This document shows, piece after piece, positions 30,317 to 32,000 of a DNA stretch of 32,000 nt (the first letter of the stretch is position 1; each line of letters begins with the position of its first letter). The notes under the pieces are model-generated. The model was given only the letters and a program-made list of their open reading frames with translations. It was not told where the DNA came from and searched no databases. The stretch is from Kineococcus radiotolerans SRS30216 = ATCC BAA-149 (GTDB lineage Bacteria > Actinomycetota > Actinomycetes > Actinomycetales > Kineococcaceae). Both the position numbers and the translations under genes were made by a program. Location: the NCBI RefSeq assembly GCF_000017305.1, contig NC_009664.2:4230001-4262000 (forward strand), written 5' to 3'.

Positions 30317-32000
30317 ATGGACGGACACCCCCGCACCCCCCGCCCCTCCCGGTCCCGCCGCCGCGTCTCGCGGGCCGCCGCCGCGCTCGCCGGGCTCGTC
30401 GCCGTCACGATCGGCGGCACGACCACCTCCAGCGCGACCCCGGCCGCACCCCCCGGGCGGGCCGGCGATCAGCCGGTGCTGTCCACCCGCGGCGTCGAGC
30501 TCCTGCGGATCGGCGGGCTGCAGTTCCGCGACCTGGACCGCGACGGCCGGCTCACCCCCTACGAGGACTGGCGGCTGAGCCCCGCCCAGCGCGCCGACGA
30601 CCTGCTCGGGCGCCTCGACCTCGCCCAGCGCGCCGGTCTGCTCGTCCACGGCAACCTAGCCTCCTCGGGCACGACCTACGACGTCGCCGCGACCGTGCGC
30701 GACGTCGCCGACCGCCACGTCACCACCTTCATCACCCGGCTGTCGGCCGAACCCGCCCAGATCGCCGAGGCGAACAACCTGGTGCAGCTCATCGCCGAGC
30801 AGCAGCCGCTGGCCATCCCCGTGCTCGTCTCCAGCGACCCCCGCAACGGTTTCTCCGAGACCGAGGGGCAGACCGTCGCCGGCGAAGGCACCACCTCGCT
30901 GCCGGACCCGACCGGGCTCAGCGCCGCGGGCGACCCCGACCTCACCCGTCGCGTCGGCGACGTCGTGCGCCAGGAGTTCCGCGCCATGGGCATCGCCGAG
31001 CTCCTCGGGCCGCAGGCGGACCTGGCCACCGAGCCGCGCTGGACGCGCATCGACGGGACCTTCGGCTCCGACGCGGCGACGGCCCGCGATCAGGTCGGCG
31101 CCTACGTCGACGGGGTCCAGGGCGGCACCGCCGGCCTGGACCGCGACAGCGTGGCCACCGTCACCAAGCACTGGGCCGGCTACGGCGCCCAGGTGGACGG
31201 CTACGACTCCCACTACCACTACGGCCGCTACGCCGCGTTCCCCGGCGGGAACTTCGAGGAGCACCTCCTCCCCTACGACGGCGCCTTCGCCGCGGGCACC
31301 GCCGGCATCATGCCGACCTACTCGATCCTGCAGGGTCTGCAGCGCGAAGGACACGACGTCGAGCAGGTCGGCGCCGGTTTCAACTCCTACCTCCTGCAGG
31401 ACGTCCTGCGCGGGGAGAAGGGCTTCGACGGCGTCGTCCTCTCGGACTGGGGCATCACCGGGGACTGCCCGCAGGAGTGCCTGGACAACCGCCCGCCGAA
31501 CCGCTTCGTCGGGTCCTGGGGGGTGGGCATGCCCTGGGGGATGGAGGACGCCACCCGCACCGAGCGCTTCGCGAAGGCGCTGAACGCAGGTGTGGACCAG
31601 ATCGGCGGGGACTCCGACTCCACGCAGGTCGTGGCCGCCGTGGAGCAGGGGCTGCTCAGCGCCGACCGCGTCGCGCAGGCCGCCCACCGCGTCCTCGTGC
31701 AGAAGTTCCAGCTCGGGTTGTTCGAGAACCCCTTCGTGGACCCCGCCACCGCCGACCGGATCGCCGGCAACGCCCGCTTCCAGCGGATCGGTGACGAGGC
31801 GCAGGAGAAGTCCCTGACCCTGCTGCAGAACACCGACGACCTGCTGCCCGTCAGCCGCGCTTCCGTCCGCACCGTCTACCTGGCCGGTGTCGACCCCGCC
31901 GTGGCGAGGAGCAGGGGCCTGGCGGTGACCGACGACCCGGCGGAGGCCGACCTCGCGATCGTCCGCATCGCCGACCCGCGTTCCGGAACCGACCTCACCG
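30317..32000 (+). CDS. glycoside hydrolase family 3 (beta-glucosidase/BglX-like), 3' end cut by window edge
   Basis: This ORF is not in the ORF track because it has no stop inside the window. ATG 30317 is preceded by GAAGGAG (30306-30312). I read frame +2 codon by codon to nt 32000 and found no stop. It has a Tat-like signal (SRSRRRVSRAAAALAGLVAV). GH3 motifs are LTPYEDWRLSPAQRADDLLGRLDLAQRAGLL, VSSDPRNG, TKHWAGYG, GFDGVVLSDWG (nucleophile Asp) and VLVQKFQLGLFENPF. Confidence 0.85.
   Translation, partial: MDGHPRTPRPSRSRRRVSRAAAALAGLVAVTIGGTTTSSATPAAPPGRAGDQPVLSTRGVELLRIGGLQFRDLDRDGRLTPYEDWRLSPAQRADDLLGRLDLAQRAGLLVHGNLASSGTTYDVAATVRDVADRHVTTFITRLSAEPAQIAEANNLVQLIAEQQPLAIPVLVSSDPRNGFSETEGQTVAGEGTTSLPDPTGLSAAGDPDLTRRVGDVVRQEFRAMGIAELLGPQADLATEPRWTRIDGTFGSDAATARDQVGAYVDGVQGGTAGLDRDSVATVTKHWAGYGAQVDGYDSHYHYGRYAAFPGGNFEEHLLPYDGAFAAGTAGIMPTYSILQGLQREGHDVEQVGAGFNSYLLQDVLRGEKGFDGVVLSDWGITGDCPQECLDNRPPNRFVGSWGVGMPWGMEDATRTERFAKALNAGVDQIGGDSDSTQVVAAVEQGLLSADRVAQAAHRVLVQKFQLGLFENPFVDPATADRIAGNARFQRIGDEAQEKSLTLLQNTDDLLPVSRASVRTVYLAGVDPAVARSRGLAVTDDPAEADLAIVRIADPRSGTDLT

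Noticed and set aside
30238-31794. 518-aa plus-strand ORF overlapping the GH3 region.
   Set aside because: The translation is Arg/Pro-rich nonsense (…RRRARRARRRHDRRHDHLQRDPGRTPRAGRR…). The GH3 motifs are in the +2 frame starting at ATG 30317, which has a proper RBS.

Overview
Very high-GC chromosomal window, apparently over 70% GC by eye, with actinobacterial-style genes. Many long ORFs in the supplied track are Arg/Pro/Gly-rich out-of-frame or antisense artefacts. I kept only ORFs with recognisable family motifs, signal or TM features, an RBS, or translational coupling.

Layout:
(1) 1-6600 is an accessory-looking patch. It holds family-less small genes, a GNAT gene with an in-frame amber codon, and an ECF sigma/anti-sigma pair whose junction is flanked by two in-frame 12-bp tandem repeats. 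It also holds a split ORF pair and a private family of co-oriented intergenic hairpin repeats.
(2) 6600-10660 is a c-di-GMP corner: a degenerate EAL remnant, a 910-aa sensor-HAMP-GGDEF-EAL protein whose Shine-Dalgarno sits inside a perfect 13-bp hairpin, and a monothiol mycoredoxin-like gene.
(3) 10700-20150 is mixed housekeeping. It includes a WYL remnant, DUF1801, a TPR protein and a lipoprotein / glutathionylspermidine-synthase-like / DUF350 triad resembling E. coli yjfM-yjfC-yjfL. It also includes YciI, an APH-like kinase, a methyltransferase, GrpB and an FAD disulfide oxidoreductase.
(4) 20250-29452 is the most interesting part. An S-box (SAM-I/SAM-IV clan) riboswitch, a Cys-rich 28-codon uORF and a C-rich leader precede a tightly coupled 7-gene operon. 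The operon encodes a peptide-type ABC importer, an LLM flavin monooxygenase, a fused double CMD/AhpD protein and a VOC protein.
(5) 29579-32000 holds a TetR regulator, a palindromic operator and a GH3 glycosidase. The GH3 ORF runs off the window and is therefore missing from the ORF track.

No rRNA, tRNA, CRISPR array, transposase or integrase was found.
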